A stretch of 64,000 nucleotides of DNA, taken from IMG/VR virus record IMGVR_UViG_3300045988_010345; one strand, written 5' to 3'. Below the pieces are notes generated by a model. It did not search any database. It worked only from the letters and a program-made list of their open reading frames with translations, and was not told the DNA's origin. Source of the stretch: a virus. Of the stretch, positions 32,502-42,441 are shown piece by piece; positions within the stretch are counted from its first letter, which is position 1; every line of letters starts with the position of its first letter. A program made the position numbers and the translations under genes.

Positions 32502-34916
32502 ATGGGATATGAAATGATAAATTTGCCTCCACAGCAACTTCCCTTCAATAAGAAAAATAAAGCTTGGAGGAAGAAGCACTTGGATTGGGCAGACAGTAAG
32601 ACCTTCTTCAATTATAGCTTAGTTAGAAAATCTGTAATACATAAGAAAATTAACTATGACTTGCTCAATGGTAAACTCCACATGAGTGACCTTGAGATGA
32701 TACTGAATCCTGAAAAGCTACAGGCAGGTTTTATACCTGACAGGATTCAACACTATCCTATTATGAATAGTAAGTTGAATGTGCTTAGAGGTGAGGAAAG
32801 CAAGAGAGTCTTTGACTTCAAAGTAGTAGTTACTAATCCTAATGCTATTACAGAGATAGAGAATAACAAGAAGCAAGAATTACTACAGAAGCTACAGGAA
32901 TGGGTATCTAATACTTCTCAATCAGAAGAAGAGGCTAATCAGGAGCTTGAAAAGATAAATGATTATTACAGTTATGAGTGGCAGGACATGAGGGAAATAA
33001 GGGCAAATGCCCTATTAAACCATTATGTGAAAGAATTGAATGTCCCCCTAATGTTCAACCAAGGCTTCATGGATGCAATGGCAGTTGGTGAAGAGATTTA
33101 TCAATGTGATATTGTAGGAGGTGAACCTACTATTGAAAGGCTGAATCCACTCAAGGTGAGAATCTTTAAGTCAGGATATAGCAATAAGATTGAGGATGCA
33201 GATATGATAATCCTCGAAGATTATTGGAGTCCAGGCAAGGTTATTGATACTTACTATGATGTATTGACAAAGAAAGACATGGAGTATATAGAGAAAATGC
33301 CTGACCATGTAGGTCAGGCTGCTACAGACTCTATGGATAATATTGATGAGAGATATGGCTTTGTCAATAATCATATGATAGGAGATGAAATAAGTACAGA
33401 AGGATTCTTTTGGGACCCATTAGGAGGAGATGATGGAGTTAATAACTCACTTCTTCCTTATGATGTTGCAGGGAACTTGAGAGTACTTAGAGTATATTGG
33501 AAGTCAAGGAGAAAGATTAAAAAAGTAAGAAGTTATGACCCTCAAACAGGTGAAGAAGTATTCAACTTCTACCCAGAGACCTATGTAATAGATAAGGATG
33601 CTGGAGAAGAAGAACAGATATTCTACATCAATGAAGCATGGGAAGGAACTAAAATTGGTACAGACATTTATGTCAATATGAGACCAAGAGTAGTTCAGTA
33701 CAACAGGCTAAGTAATCCTTCAAGATGTCACTTTGGAATTGTTGGCTCTATTTACAACCTTAATGACAATAGACCATTCAGTTTAGTAGACATGATGAAG
33801 CCATACAATTACTTGTATGATGCAATACATGATAGATTAAATAAGCTGATAGCAAGGAATTGGGGTTCATTAGTTAGGCTTGACTTTGCTAAGAAACCTA
33901 AAACATGGGATGTAGAGAAGTGGTTATACTATGCAAAGACTATGGGTCTTGCAGTAGAGGATAGCTTCAATGAAGGTAATGTAGGTGCAGCTACAGGTAA
34001 ACTTGCAGGTGCATTAAACAATGCTTCTACTGGTGTAATTACAGCTTCTGATGGTAATCAGATACAACAATACATCAATCTTCTTGAGTTTATCAAGATG
34101 GAAATGGCAGAAGTTGCTGGTATTACCAAGCAAAGAGAAGGTCAGGTAAGTAATAGAGAAACAGTAGGTGGAGTAGAGAGAGCTACCCTCCAATCTTCTC
34201 ACATTACAGAGTGGCTATTTGTAGTGCATGAGGATGTCAAGAAGAGGGCATTGGAATGTCTACTTGAAACAGCTAAGATAGCATTAAGAGGCAGGAGCAA
34301 GAAATTCCAATACATTCTATCAGATAATTCAATGAGAATTATGGAGATAGATGGTGATGAATTTGCAGAAGCTGATTATGGTCTTGTAGTGGATAATAGT
34401 AATGGTATTCAGGAATTAAACTCAAAACTTGATACTTTAGCTCAGGCAGCATTGCAGAACCAGACTCTATCATTCTCAACTATTATGAAGTTATTCAGTT
34501 CATCTTCACTCGCTGAAAAGCAAAGACTTGTTGAAAAGGATGAAAGAAGTATTCAAGAAAGACAAGCCCAAGCTCAGCAACAGCAATTGCAGGTACAGCA
34601 ACAGGAGATAGAACAAAAGGCTCAGATGGAACAGGCTAAGATGCAACAGGAAGATGCTCTTAATCAAAGAGATAATGAGACAAAGATTCTTATTGCACAA
34701 ATGCAAGCCTATAGCAAGAATAGTGAAGATGATGGCATAATAGAGCCTGAATATTCACAAGAGGCTAAGGACAAGCTTATGGAATCAATAAGACAATTTG
34801 ATGAGAGAATTAAGCTTGATAGGGAAAGATTAGAGTTTGATAAAGATAAAGCAAGGTCTGATGCAAAACTTAAAGAAAAGCAGATAAACAAAACAACTCA
34901 AAAATCAAATAAATGA
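32502..34916 (+). CDS. portal protein
   Basis: About 800-aa ORF immediately after terL. Q/E-rich C-terminal coiled coil. Start set to the first ATG, because the track start at 32493 is TTG. Confidence 0.7.
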   Translation: MGYEMINLPPQQLPFNKKNKAWRKKHLDWADSKTFFNYSLVRKSVIHKKINYDLLNGKLHMSDLEMILNPEKLQAGFIPDRIQHYPIMNSKLNVLRGEESKRVFDFKVVVTNPNAITEIENNKKQELLQKLQEWVSNTSQSEEEANQELEKINDYYSYEWQDMREIRANALLNHYVKELNVPLMFNQGFMDAMAVGEEIYQCDIVGGEPTIERLNPLKVRIFKSGYSNKIEDADMIILEDYWSPGKVIDTYYDVLTKKDMEYIEKMPDHVGQAATDSMDNIDERYGFVNNHMIGDEISTEGFFWDPLGGDDGVNNSLLPYDVAGNLRVLRVYWKSRRKIKKVRSYDPQTGEEVFNFYPETYVIDKDAGEEEQIFYINEAWEGTKIGTDIYVNMRPRVVQYNRLSNPSRCHFGIVGSIYNLNDNRPFSLVDMMKPYNYLYDAIHDRLNKLIARNWGSLVRLDFAKKPKTWDVEKWLYYAKTMGLAVEDSFNEGNVGAATGKLAGALNNASTGVITASDGNQIQQYINLLEFIKMEMAEVAGITKQREGQVSNRETVGGVERATLQSSHITEWLFVVHEDVKKRALECLLETAKIALRGRSKKFQYILSDNSMRIMEIDGDEFAEADYGLVVDNSNGIQELNSKLDTLAQAALQNQTLSFSTIMKLFSSSSLAEKQRLVEKDERSIQERQAQAQQQQLQVQQQEIEQKAQMEQAKMQQEDALNQRDNETKILIAQMQAYSKNSEDDGIIEPEYSQEAKDKLMESIRQFDERIKLDRERLEFDKDKARSDAKLKEKQINKTTQKSNK

Positions 34917-35824
34917 GAAGATTTAGAGACATTGTAGAAGATATTAAAGCACCAAGTCCTCAAAGTCTATGGCTTAATAAAGGAAAACTGAAGTTCTTTG
35001 GAACTAAGGGATGGACCTCAATGGTAGGTGAAGAGAATGGGGATAGACAAGAGCTTGAGGAAAAGGTAGATAATCTTGATAAAGAAGTAGGTGATATACA
35101 GAAAGATGTAGCAGTACTTAATAGTAAAGCTGTAATAGAGCTTGAAATAGGTAATAGTGAAAGTGTTAAGGCTAATAACTTGACTAAACTACAAGCTATA
35201 CAATCAGTAGACCATTTATTCTTTGCTGATATTGATTATGGTTATGGTGCAGCTAAATGGTTGCCTACTACAGGAGGTGAAGCTTTTATAGTTACAAGTA
35301 GTGGTAGAGCTGTTATTTATAATATAGGTAAGGATGGTTCAGTTGCTAAAGCTAGTACTGACATAGACCTTACTAATCCTAACACAGATTTATTTGAAGT
35401 AGTTACTGAATTACCTACTGAGAATATTTCTACATCAAAGCTTTATTGTGTACTTTCTTCAAAAGTAGGAGAGGAAAATAAGTACACAGAATATGCCTAT
35501 ATTAAACAAACAAATGGTCAATTTGCTTGGGAAAAGATGGGTGAGTTTAATGCAGCTCCTGATTTAAGTGGTTATGCTAAACTTAGTGGTGCTTCTTTTT
35601 CAGGCTTTACTACTTTTGGTGGAGGCTTAGGAACTCAATATTTATCTAAGTACAATGGAGGTTATTTGTTATCTGGTTCACCTACCGATAGAAGTGATTC
35701 ACGTGTATATGCAAGCTCAGGAAGGCTTACAGACGTAGGTACTGAAGAATCCTTTGTATTTACTTTAGAAGATGGTTCTAAGGTAACTAAATCAATAAGA
35801 GTAGTAAGTACAACTAATAGTTAA
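34913..35824 (+). CDS. virion structural protein candidate (303 aa) with N-terminal coiled coil
   Basis: ORF track. 4-nt overlap with the portal gene. Confidence 0.6.
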   Translation: MRRFRDIVEDIKAPSPQSLWLNKGKLKFFGTKGWTSMVGEENGDRQELEEKVDNLDKEVGDIQKDVAVLNSKAVIELEIGNSESVKANNLTKLQAIQSVDHLFFADIDYGYGAAKWLPTTGGEAFIVTSSGRAVIYNIGKDGSVAKASTDIDLTNPNTDLFEVVTELPTENISTSKLYCVLSSKVGEENKYTEYAYIKQTNGQFAWEKMGEFNAAPDLSGYAKLSGASFSGFTTFGGGLGTQYLSKYNGGYLLSGSPTDRSDSRVYASSGRLTDVGTEESFVFTLEDGSKVTKSIRVVSTTNS

Positions 35825-35828
35825 TAGT

Positions 35829-37898
35829 ATGGATTTTAGTAAAGTTACAGCTATAGAAATACCAGAAGGCAAAGTAGCTAAAATAGAGGATAATGAAGGT
35901 AGAGTTCTATGGAATGCTTTACCAGACCCTAATAAATATGCCTATGGTATTAGATGGGACCACACAGTTCCTGGTAGTCAAGCTACTACAGCTTGTGAAA
36001 GAATAGGTAATCTTGAGCTACATAAAACATTACCTATACAATCTAAGTTTGCTACCTGTATACATCAAGGTACTGATATTAAATATTGGTGTGACCCTAA
36101 TGATAGTAGATTTAGAAAAGATAATACTGGGTATAGAATTGTAAGTGAAAGAATATATTTGAAGAGTCCTAGTGCTGAAAAGAATATAGTACCTTCTGAC
36201 TATAGTCCAAGCTCTGCATATAATTATATTTTGGCGTTTGAACCTAATGTTTTAGCTAGGTATAGTGAAGCAATATTAATGGTAACTACTTATAAGTATT
36301 TATATGCTTGGATTAAGATAAATGATAGTGTAATAGCTAGAGTTATTAAAGTAGATACAGTTAATAAGGAAGTTTATATTACTACAGATGGTCCTATAAC
36401 AGGTGAAACTATAACACCAACACTTGAATTTGGTTGTTCTATTAATGGTTATGATGGAGAAATAAGTGTATATACTCCTAAGTTCTATATATGGTCTGTA
36501 GATAATGATGGTGCTGGTAATGAAGTATGGCAATCAGAAAAGAAGTGTGTTAGCTATGCAAGAAAGGTTAAGCCACACCTTATTGGTATAAGTAGATGTC
36601 CTTTGTTAAGAACACCTATGAATGATGACAAATGGGGATGGCTAAATACTTTATCTGCTAATACAGCAGTCAGTGTTGTTAATTATCAACCTAATCTCAG
36701 AGGTGGCAAAAATACAACAGCTTACGACCAATATCTAGGTGATAACAACTTTAGAACCATGTTAGGTAAAGCTGCTTTAAATATAACACCCAGTAGAATG
36801 AGAACTTATACTCAGAAAATAAAAGGTAGTCAGATATTATATTATCAGATATGGAATGCTATTGTGTGGTGTTATTTCATAGAATATGCTGACTTTGATG
36901 TAAGGAAAGCTTTTAATAGTAACCTGACCGATGAAGGGTATCATCAAGGTGGTTTAGGTGAAGGTTTAATTTTTGTAGATGAGGCTAGAAAGTATAATGA
37001 ATTCACATCATGTGTTCCTGTAGATTACACATTGTTATTTGGTAATAATACTAAAATAATACAGAAGCCTAGTCATTCTTTCTACATAAAAACAAAAGAT
37101 AATACTTCTTGGGAAGATTGGCATATTACAGATAGAATTACCTCAACTATTGATAGTAATAACAAAAAAATATTAAATATTACAGCTATCTCCAAGATAC
37201 TAGATGATATGTTATATGCTGTTCAAAACAATGTTGGAGGTACACATAGATATAAGATAGAAGGTCTTACTGGAGGTCAAACTGTTATATTTAAAAGACA
37301 GCAAGGTGATTTGACTATTACAACAGATGGGGAATATGATGTTAATTGGGGCAGTGATTATAATGAAAGAGCCATCAAATTTAGATTAGTACAAACAAGT
37401 TGTAATATAAAAATTACAATTTTAAGTTCCCCAGCATTTACATATACATTTACACAAAGACAATTAAATATACCTTGTTATAGAGGATTTAATACATTCT
37501 GGTATGGAGATATTTGGTTGAGTATTGACAACTTTATATCAAAGTGTGATTTTGCAACTAAGAAGAGAAATTTCTATTTTACAGATAATCCTGATAACTT
37601 TAGCAATGATATAAGTAATAAAGAGCGTATAATCAGTATTGATGTTCTAAATTTGAATTGGTCTAAAGACATAGCAGTTGGTAAAACTGCTGATTTGATA
37701 ACTAATAAAGTATCTAGTAATCCTAATTATATGAACTCATATAGGCACGACTATATGTCACAGGATATAAGCATTCCTCTTGTCGGAGGAAAGTATCAAG
37801 AAACAGGAGATTCATATTGTGGTTTGTCTTCTTTAGATTTCACATATTCCAATAATGCTGGAATATATAGTTATGTTAAATGTTATATTTTAAATTAA
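35829..37898 (+). CDS. tail fibre / receptor-binding protein candidate (689 aa)
   Basis: The N-terminus KVTAIEIPEGKVAKIEDNEGRVLW is the short anchoring motif common at the start of phage fibre and collar proteins. The rest is N/T/Y-rich and beta-looking. Confidence 0.5.
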   Translation: MDFSKVTAIEIPEGKVAKIEDNEGRVLWNALPDPNKYAYGIRWDHTVPGSQATTACERIGNLELHKTLPIQSKFATCIHQGTDIKYWCDPNDSRFRKDNTGYRIVSERIYLKSPSAEKNIVPSDYSPSSAYNYILAFEPNVLARYSEAILMVTTYKYLYAWIKINDSVIARVIKVDTVNKEVYITTDGPITGETITPTLEFGCSINGYDGEISVYTPKFYIWSVDNDGAGNEVWQSEKKCVSYARKVKPHLIGISRCPLLRTPMNDDKWGWLNTLSANTAVSVVNYQPNLRGGKNTTAYDQYLGDNNFRTMLGKAALNITPSRMRTYTQKIKGSQILYYQIWNAIVWCYFIEYADFDVRKAFNSNLTDEGYHQGGLGEGLIFVDEARKYNEFTSCVPVDYTLLFGNNTKIIQKPSHSFYIKTKDNTSWEDWHITDRITSTIDSNNKKILNITAISKILDDMLYAVQNNVGGTHRYKIEGLTGGQTVIFKRQQGDLTITTDGEYDVNWGSDYNERAIKFRLVQTSCNIKITILSSPAFTYTFTQRQLNIPCYRGFNTFWYGDIWLSIDNFISKCDFATKKRNFYFTDNPDNFSNDISNKERIISIDVLNLNWSKDIAVGKTADLITNKVSSNPNYMNSYRHDYMSQDISIPLVGGKYQETGDSYCGLSSLDFTYSNNAGIYSYVKCYILN

Positions 37899-37965
37899 GT
37901 AAATTCTAAAAGAAAAAGATATTAAGTTATACATCCGTATGAAATATTGTCAACAGTGGGGCTAA

Positions 37966-38604
37966 ATGGATAATATTTATTATAACAGAATGATAAGATA
38001 TGTAAAAGTTGGAATAGCCATTATAATAGGAATACTTTTTGCAGGTATATGTGTATTATACAATAAGAATCAGAGCCTAATGGGAGAGTTGTCTGTACTG
38101 ATGTCTAATCAAAAAGCATTTATAGCAGAGAACTCTTCATTAAAGAATGAGAATAGAGTATTCAAGTTTACTGTAGAGCAGCTTAACTACTACAATGACT
38201 CTATCTTGCAGAAGATGAATGATGTTAGAAAAGAGTTAAGTATAAAGGATAAAGATTTGAAACAGATGCAGTATCTTTTATCTGAGGCTACAAAGAAAGA
38301 TACAATAGTATTTAGGGATACTCTGTTCAGAGAACCTACATTAAATATAGATACACTTGTAGGAGACAAGTGGTATCAAATGAAGCTTGGGCTTAAATAT
38401 CCAAGTACAATCATTACAGACCCTAAGTTTGTCAGTGAGAAGTACATAGTGATGTATTATAAGAAAGAGACTATAAATCCCCCAAAGAAATGTTGGTTAC
38501 TCAGACTATTTCAGAAGAAGCATAAAGTAGTAGAAGTGAATGTTGTGGAGAAGAACCCTTATATTGAGAACAAACAACAAAGATTCATTGAAATTGTAGA
38601 ATAA
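37966..38604 (+). CDS. membrane-anchored coiled-coil protein (212 aa)
   Basis: N-terminal TM segment VGIAIIIGILFAGICVLY, then coiled coil. Confidence 0.6.
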   Translation: MDNIYYNRMIRYVKVGIAIIIGILFAGICVLYNKNQSLMGELSVLMSNQKAFIAENSSLKNENRVFKFTVEQLNYYNDSILQKMNDVRKELSIKDKDLKQMQYLLSEATKKDTIVFRDTLFREPTLNIDTLVGDKWYQMKLGLKYPSTIITDPKFVSEKYIVMYYKKETINPPKKCWLLRLFQKKHKVVEVNVVEKNPYIENKQQRFIEIVE

Positions 38605-38605
38605 T

Positions 38606-38983
38606 ATGATTGACTTAGGAATATTAATCACTGGAGGTATAGGGCTTGTTACCACAATAGTCAGTGGTTGGACATCATGGTTCTTTGCAAGAAAGAAGTA
38701 TGATAGTGAAGTTGATAGTAACCTCATAAATAACATGAAAGAATCATTGGATTTTTATGAGAAGCTCTCTACTGATAATAGAGAGAGGTTGGAAGAGGTA
38801 CTAAAAAGGAATGCAGAATTAGAGCAGGAAGTGGGGGAACTTAGGAAACAGATGTTTAACCTTATGAGTTCCATATGTACTGACCTTACCTGCCAGTTAA
38901 GGAAAAGAAACTTAAATCTTTTTAATGAGCATGGAATTAGTAGTGGACAGAAAATGGAAGAAACAGAGCTACACCATAAGTAA
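38606..38983 (+). CDS. membrane-anchored coiled-coil protein (125 aa), holin/spanin-like
   Basis: N-terminal TM segment, then a charged helix. Confidence 0.55.
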   Translation: MIDLGILITGGIGLVTTIVSGWTSWFFARKKYDSEVDSNLINNMKESLDFYEKLSTDNRERLEEVLKRNAELEQEVGELRKQMFNLMSSICTDLTCQLRKRNLNLFNEHGISSGQKMEETELHHK

Positions 38984-39395
38984 TCTTACTATTGATGGGA
39001 AGTGGTTCTGTAATGTGCTTGAGGACAAAGATAGAAATCTTGACAGCTCTATGAGTGTAGCTAAGATTAGGGAGTTGAAGAAACCTTCAATTACAGCTAT
39101 ACCAAAAGGTACTTATGAGATTACCTTGGATGTGATTTCTCCTAAGTATTGTACTAATAGTTTCTATAAACAAGTGTGTAATGGTAAAGTACCAAGACTA
39201 CTTAATGTAAAGGGATTTGAAGGTGTACTTATTCATGCTGGCAATACTGACAAAGATTCAGCAGGATGCCTATTAGTAGGTGTCAATAAAGTTAAGGGTC
39301 AGGTGATAAACAGCAGAGAGACATTCAAAGAGCTATACAGACTCCTTAGAGACAAGCATGATAAAGGTGAAAAAATAACAATTAAAATTTTATAA
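38931..39395 (+). CDS. DUF5675-like / YkuD-like-motif protein, putative cell-wall-active
   Basis: MELVVDRK...TISNLTIDGKWFCNVLED, IPKGTYEI and GVLIHAGNTDKDSAGCLLVG. The h-IH-x-GN-x5-S/T-x-GC-h-x-G pattern resembles the catalytic His...Cys motif of L,D-transpeptidase-fold proteins. Confidence 0.5.
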   Translation: MELVVDRKWKKQSYTISNLTIDGKWFCNVLEDKDRNLDSSMSVAKIRELKKPSITAIPKGTYEITLDVISPKYCTNSFYKQVCNGKVPRLLNVKGFEGVLIHAGNTDKDSAGCLLVGVNKVKGQVINSRETFKELYRLLRDKHDKGEKITIKIL

Positions 39396-39397
39396 TC

Positions 39398-39496
39398 ATG
39401 GCAAGAAGAACAGGTAGAGCAAAGCCTATGACAGCTAAAGCTGGTGTCACTAAGACTAAGAGAAGATATGCTTGTGGTGGCAAAATGAAAAAGTAA
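39398..39496 (+). CDS. 32-aa highly basic micro-protein
   Basis: Own translation: MARRTGRAKPMTAKAGVTKTKRRYACGGKMKK. Its stop overlaps the next ATG (TAATG). It carries the Y-A-x-G-G motif that recurs in virion proteins. Confidence 0.45.
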   Translation: MARRTGRAKPMTAKAGVTKTKRRYACGGKMKK

Positions 39497-39882
39497 TGAA
39501 TAAATTATTGTACAAGATAGAGTTATATTTAGTAAAAGTAATACCTATGATTTACGCATTACTTAGTTTACTAAATACAACTCTATCTTATTTTGATATT
39601 AACACAGTAATACTAAGTTATATTGGTAGTGTATCTTTTATAACATTACTATTCTTGTATATTACATCTTATGTATTTAAGTTTTGTGAATATCACAGGA
39701 TGTTTATACATTATACTACTATAACTTGGATACTAAATATAATAGATTTGTATATAGGAATACCTGTTAGTGATATTTGGTATTTAGGCATTCAATTAAT
39801 AATAGCAGGCATTTCATTATTCATAATACTCTATTTATGTGTTAAAAGTTATAAGAAGCCTACTGTTAAAGATAGTAGATGA
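39496..39882 (+). CDS. multi-pass membrane protein (about 128 aa), holin candidate
   Basis: Start moved to the ATG giving MNKLLYKIELYLVKVIPMIYALL. Four hydrophobic segments. Confidence 0.55.
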   Translation: MNKLLYKIELYLVKVIPMIYALLSLLNTTLSYFDINTVILSYIGSVSFITLLFLYITSYVFKFCEYHRMFIHYTTITWILNIIDLYIGIPVSDIWYLGIQLIIAGISLFIILYLCVKSYKKPTVKDSR

Positions 39883-40150
39883 TATTGATGCAGGTAATTC
39901 AAATATATCTGAGGGAGAAGCTATAAAAATAGTAGATAGTTTGAAGAGGTTCACTGATAAGGAGAAGAGATTAAGCAAGTATGCAGCCTGTGAATATTTG
40001 AATGTCAGTAGAGCAACTTTTGATAACTATATCAGAGAAGGAAAGTTACCAAGAGGTAAGCATGAAATAGGTTTCAAAGAATTAAGTTGGTCTGAGAAAG
40101 AGCTAGATGAGTTTGTCAAGAAGTGCAGCAAGAAGCACTCTCTTGCTTAG
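39839..40150 (+). CDS. helix-turn-helix DNA-binding protein (MerR/excisionase-type HTH)
   Basis: LSKYAACEYLNVSRATFDNYIREGKLPRG matches the AlpA/Xis-type HTH pattern (a..lgvs..Tl...i..G.lP). Confidence 0.55.
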   Translation: MLKVIRSLLLKIVDDIDAGNSNISEGEAIKIVDSLKRFTDKEKRLSKYAACEYLNVSRATFDNYIREGKLPRGKHEIGFKELSWSEKELDEFVKKCSKKHSLA

Positions 40151-40198
40151 TAATATGCCTATTGAGAACTTATAATATAATACTTAGGAGGAGAAAAT

Positions 40199-40540
40199 AT
40201 GATAACTCAAAAGAAAATAATAATCCCTATATTCAACTATAAGCTAACAATAGTTATATTTGATAAGTGGAAGGAATTGGACAAGTTTTTGCCTGCTGAT
40301 GAAATGGAAACAGAGGCAAATGCAATCACTATACATAATTATGGTGCATCTCTTGTAGCTGTAAATGCTGAAAGAGGAAGTAGTATTGCTCATGAGTCAG
40401 AGCATGTCAAGAATGCTATATGGAGATTTATAGGATATGAACCACAGAGAGATAATGATGAAGTTGATGCCTATCTCCTTACTTACATATACAATAAGAT
40501 AACAGATGTTTTCTATAAACATGATAAAGCAGCTAAATAA
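40199..40540 (+). CDS. small HExxH protein (113 aa), putative zincin-like
   Basis: SSIAHESEHVKNAIW contains HExxH. Confidence 0.5.
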   Translation: MITQKKIIIPIFNYKLTIVIFDKWKELDKFLPADEMETEANAITIHNYGASLVAVNAERGSSIAHESEHVKNAIWRFIGYEPQRDNDEVDAYLLTYIYNKITDVFYKHDKAAK

Positions 40541-40555
40541 GGCTGCTTTTTTTTG
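40527..40555 (+). terminator. intrinsic terminator
   Basis: AAGCAGC-taaataag-GCTGCTT followed by TTTTTTTG, overlapping the stop codon of 40199-40540. Confidence 0.7.
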
Positions 40556-40619
40556 TTCTTTTAGCAACATATTACTAAGTTAAAGCCCTGTATATCAATG
40601 TGATATATGGGGCTTTAGC

Positions 40620-40655
40620 ATTGATAGGCATCCTGAGAAATATTACTTACCTTTG
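40620..40655 (+). promoter_or_regulatory. Bacteroides-type promoter (-7 TACCTTTG 40648-40655; weak -33 ATTG)
   Basis: Exact -7 consensus. The -33 element is degenerate. Confidence 0.5.
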
Positions 40656-40712
40656 CTCCTGTAAGCTTACAAAAGAGAGATAAAACAATAACTAATTTCA
40701 AAAATTGCTACT

Positions 40713-41495
40713 ATGGAAATAATTGAGAAGCAAGTAGAAAAGGTAAAGGAAGTTCCTACTGATGGCTACTATGGTTATGGTAGAAGAGATGTCAATGGTA
40801 AGGCTAATGCAGGTCTTACTCTTGGTATCATAGGTACTGCACTTGGTGCTTGGGCACTATTTGGTAATAGAAGAAGTAGTGGTCTATTGGGTCTTGCTGG
40901 TTCAGGTATGGGTGGCTCAAACATCAATATCAATGGTCTTGAGACTGGTCTTGGAACAGCTAATGGTGTAACTTCTCCTTCTGCTTTCCAAGCATGGGAA
41001 AAGAGCTGTGAGGACACTCTTGCTCTGCAAAAGGGTCTTTATGACTGGGCACTTATTCAACAATCACAAAGATTTGCTGATAGACAGACATTGAATAGTG
41101 AGCTATTTAGTGTATGGAAGGGTCAGGTTGATGCTGACTTTGGTCTATATAAGAGCACAAGAGACAGCTTTGATGTAATAACTGCAAAGCAAAACCAAGA
41201 TGCTTTCAATCTGTATAAGTCTCAAAGAGATGCTGATGATGGTATCAGAAAGGAACTGAGTGACTTGAAGGCTCAGGTAGCTATCAATGCTGCTGTAAGA
41301 CCTTACCAAGATAAGCTTATCCAATGTGAGATTGACAAGGCATTTACTGCTGGTATTAACTATACTGACAGAAAGACTTGCAAGGCTATCTATGGTGAAG
41401 TATGCCTACCTAACACTCCTACAGTCACAGGCTATGTTGGTGCTAACCAATGTGGTTGTCCAAGAGTAGTTAGTGGTACTACTGCAACTGTCTAA
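40713..41495 (+). CDS. membrane-associated Gly-rich protein (260 aa)
   Basis: TM segment GLTLGIIGTALGAWALFG, then a G/S/N-rich stretch. Confidence 0.6.
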   Translation: MEIIEKQVEKVKEVPTDGYYGYGRRDVNGKANAGLTLGIIGTALGAWALFGNRRSSGLLGLAGSGMGGSNININGLETGLGTANGVTSPSAFQAWEKSCEDTLALQKGLYDWALIQQSQRFADRQTLNSELFSVWKGQVDADFGLYKSTRDSFDVITAKQNQDAFNLYKSQRDADDGIRKELSDLKAQVAINAAVRPYQDKLIQCEIDKAFTAGINYTDRKTCKAIYGEVCLPNTPTVTGYVGANQCGCPRVVSGTTATV

Positions 41496-41550
41496 AGTAA
41501 GGGGGGTAATTCCCCTTACTTTTCAATACTAATCTTAAAAATGTATAGAT

Positions 41551-42054
41551 ATGATTCCAATAAATCAGGTGATATTAGGAGGAGGGGACCCACTATTGGG
41601 TAATAGTATGGTAGGTAATAGTCTGGATGAGCAATTACAGCTTATTGAGAAGTATAAACAAAACCTTGAGGCTGCAAAGCAGCTAAGGCAACAAGCCCAA
41701 CCTGTTCAACAACCTGTACCACAAAGGATGATATGGGATGAGATAGATGCTGAAATAAACCCTATGACAGATGAACAGAAGACAAGGATGCTTCAAGATG
41801 AGGACTATGTAGATACTTATACTAAGATACAGGATATGGTTCAAGCAGAAATTCTTAACCTTGTTAAAGGTAGAATTGAGGCTACTCCAGAAGGTAAAGA
41901 ACTGTTGCAAAGACAATTGAAGATAGTCAAGAAGTTAAAAGGAAAAATTATTCAAGAGACTAATAGGGAAATGGAAATGTTTAGGAAGTTCAGGGAGTTT
42001 AGTAAGACACATCCTGAAGTGACTTATGAAGAATTTATTAAAGCAAGTATGTAA
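41551..42054 (+). CDS. hypothetical coiled-coil protein (167 aa)
   Basis: ORF track. Confidence 0.6.
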   Translation: MIPINQVILGGGDPLLGNSMVGNSLDEQLQLIEKYKQNLEAAKQLRQQAQPVQQPVPQRMIWDEIDAEINPMTDEQKTRMLQDEDYVDTYTKIQDMVQAEILNLVKGRIEATPEGKELLQRQLKIVKKLKGKIIQETNREMEMFRKFREFSKTHPEVTYEEFIKASM

Positions 42055-42056
42055 TT

Positions 42057-42437
42057 ATGGTGACTATTATGCAATTGACTGATAATCTGAAGTCTTACAT
42101 CTCACTTCAGTTGGAATCTATGGCTAAGACTAATCCTATGATTGGTTTTATGAAACCTCTTATTACAAGAGCACTGGATAAGAACTTCAGTAAGGTAAGT
42201 AAGGCTTTAGACCTTATAGCTGACAAGGATGGTAATATAGACATTGAGAATATCCTTGCTGAAATGATGGAGAATCTGATGACTACCAATCCATTCACCT
42301 TCAAGACTTCATTTGTTGGAGACATAGAGATTGGTGGAGGAGAGATTAAATTCAATCTTCCATTAACTAATAAAAGGTTGGTATTGAATATGACAGATTT
42401 AGAGACTTTCAAGGAAATGTTAATCACTAAAGACTAA
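42057..42437 (+). CDS. hypothetical protein (126 aa)
   Basis: ORF track. The antisense ORF 42107-42427 is judged a shadow. Confidence 0.6.
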   Translation: MVTIMQLTDNLKSYISLQLESMAKTNPMIGFMKPLITRALDKNFSKVSKALDLIADKDGNIDIENILAEMMENLMTTNPFTFKTSFVGDIEIGGGEIKFNLPLTNKRLVLNMTDLETFKEMLITKD

Positions 42438-42441
42438 GAAT

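Noticed and set aside
35829-37898. A diversity-generating retroelement target in the fibre-like gene.
   Set aside because: No reverse transcriptase ORF and no template/variable repeat pair could be found by eye in the window.
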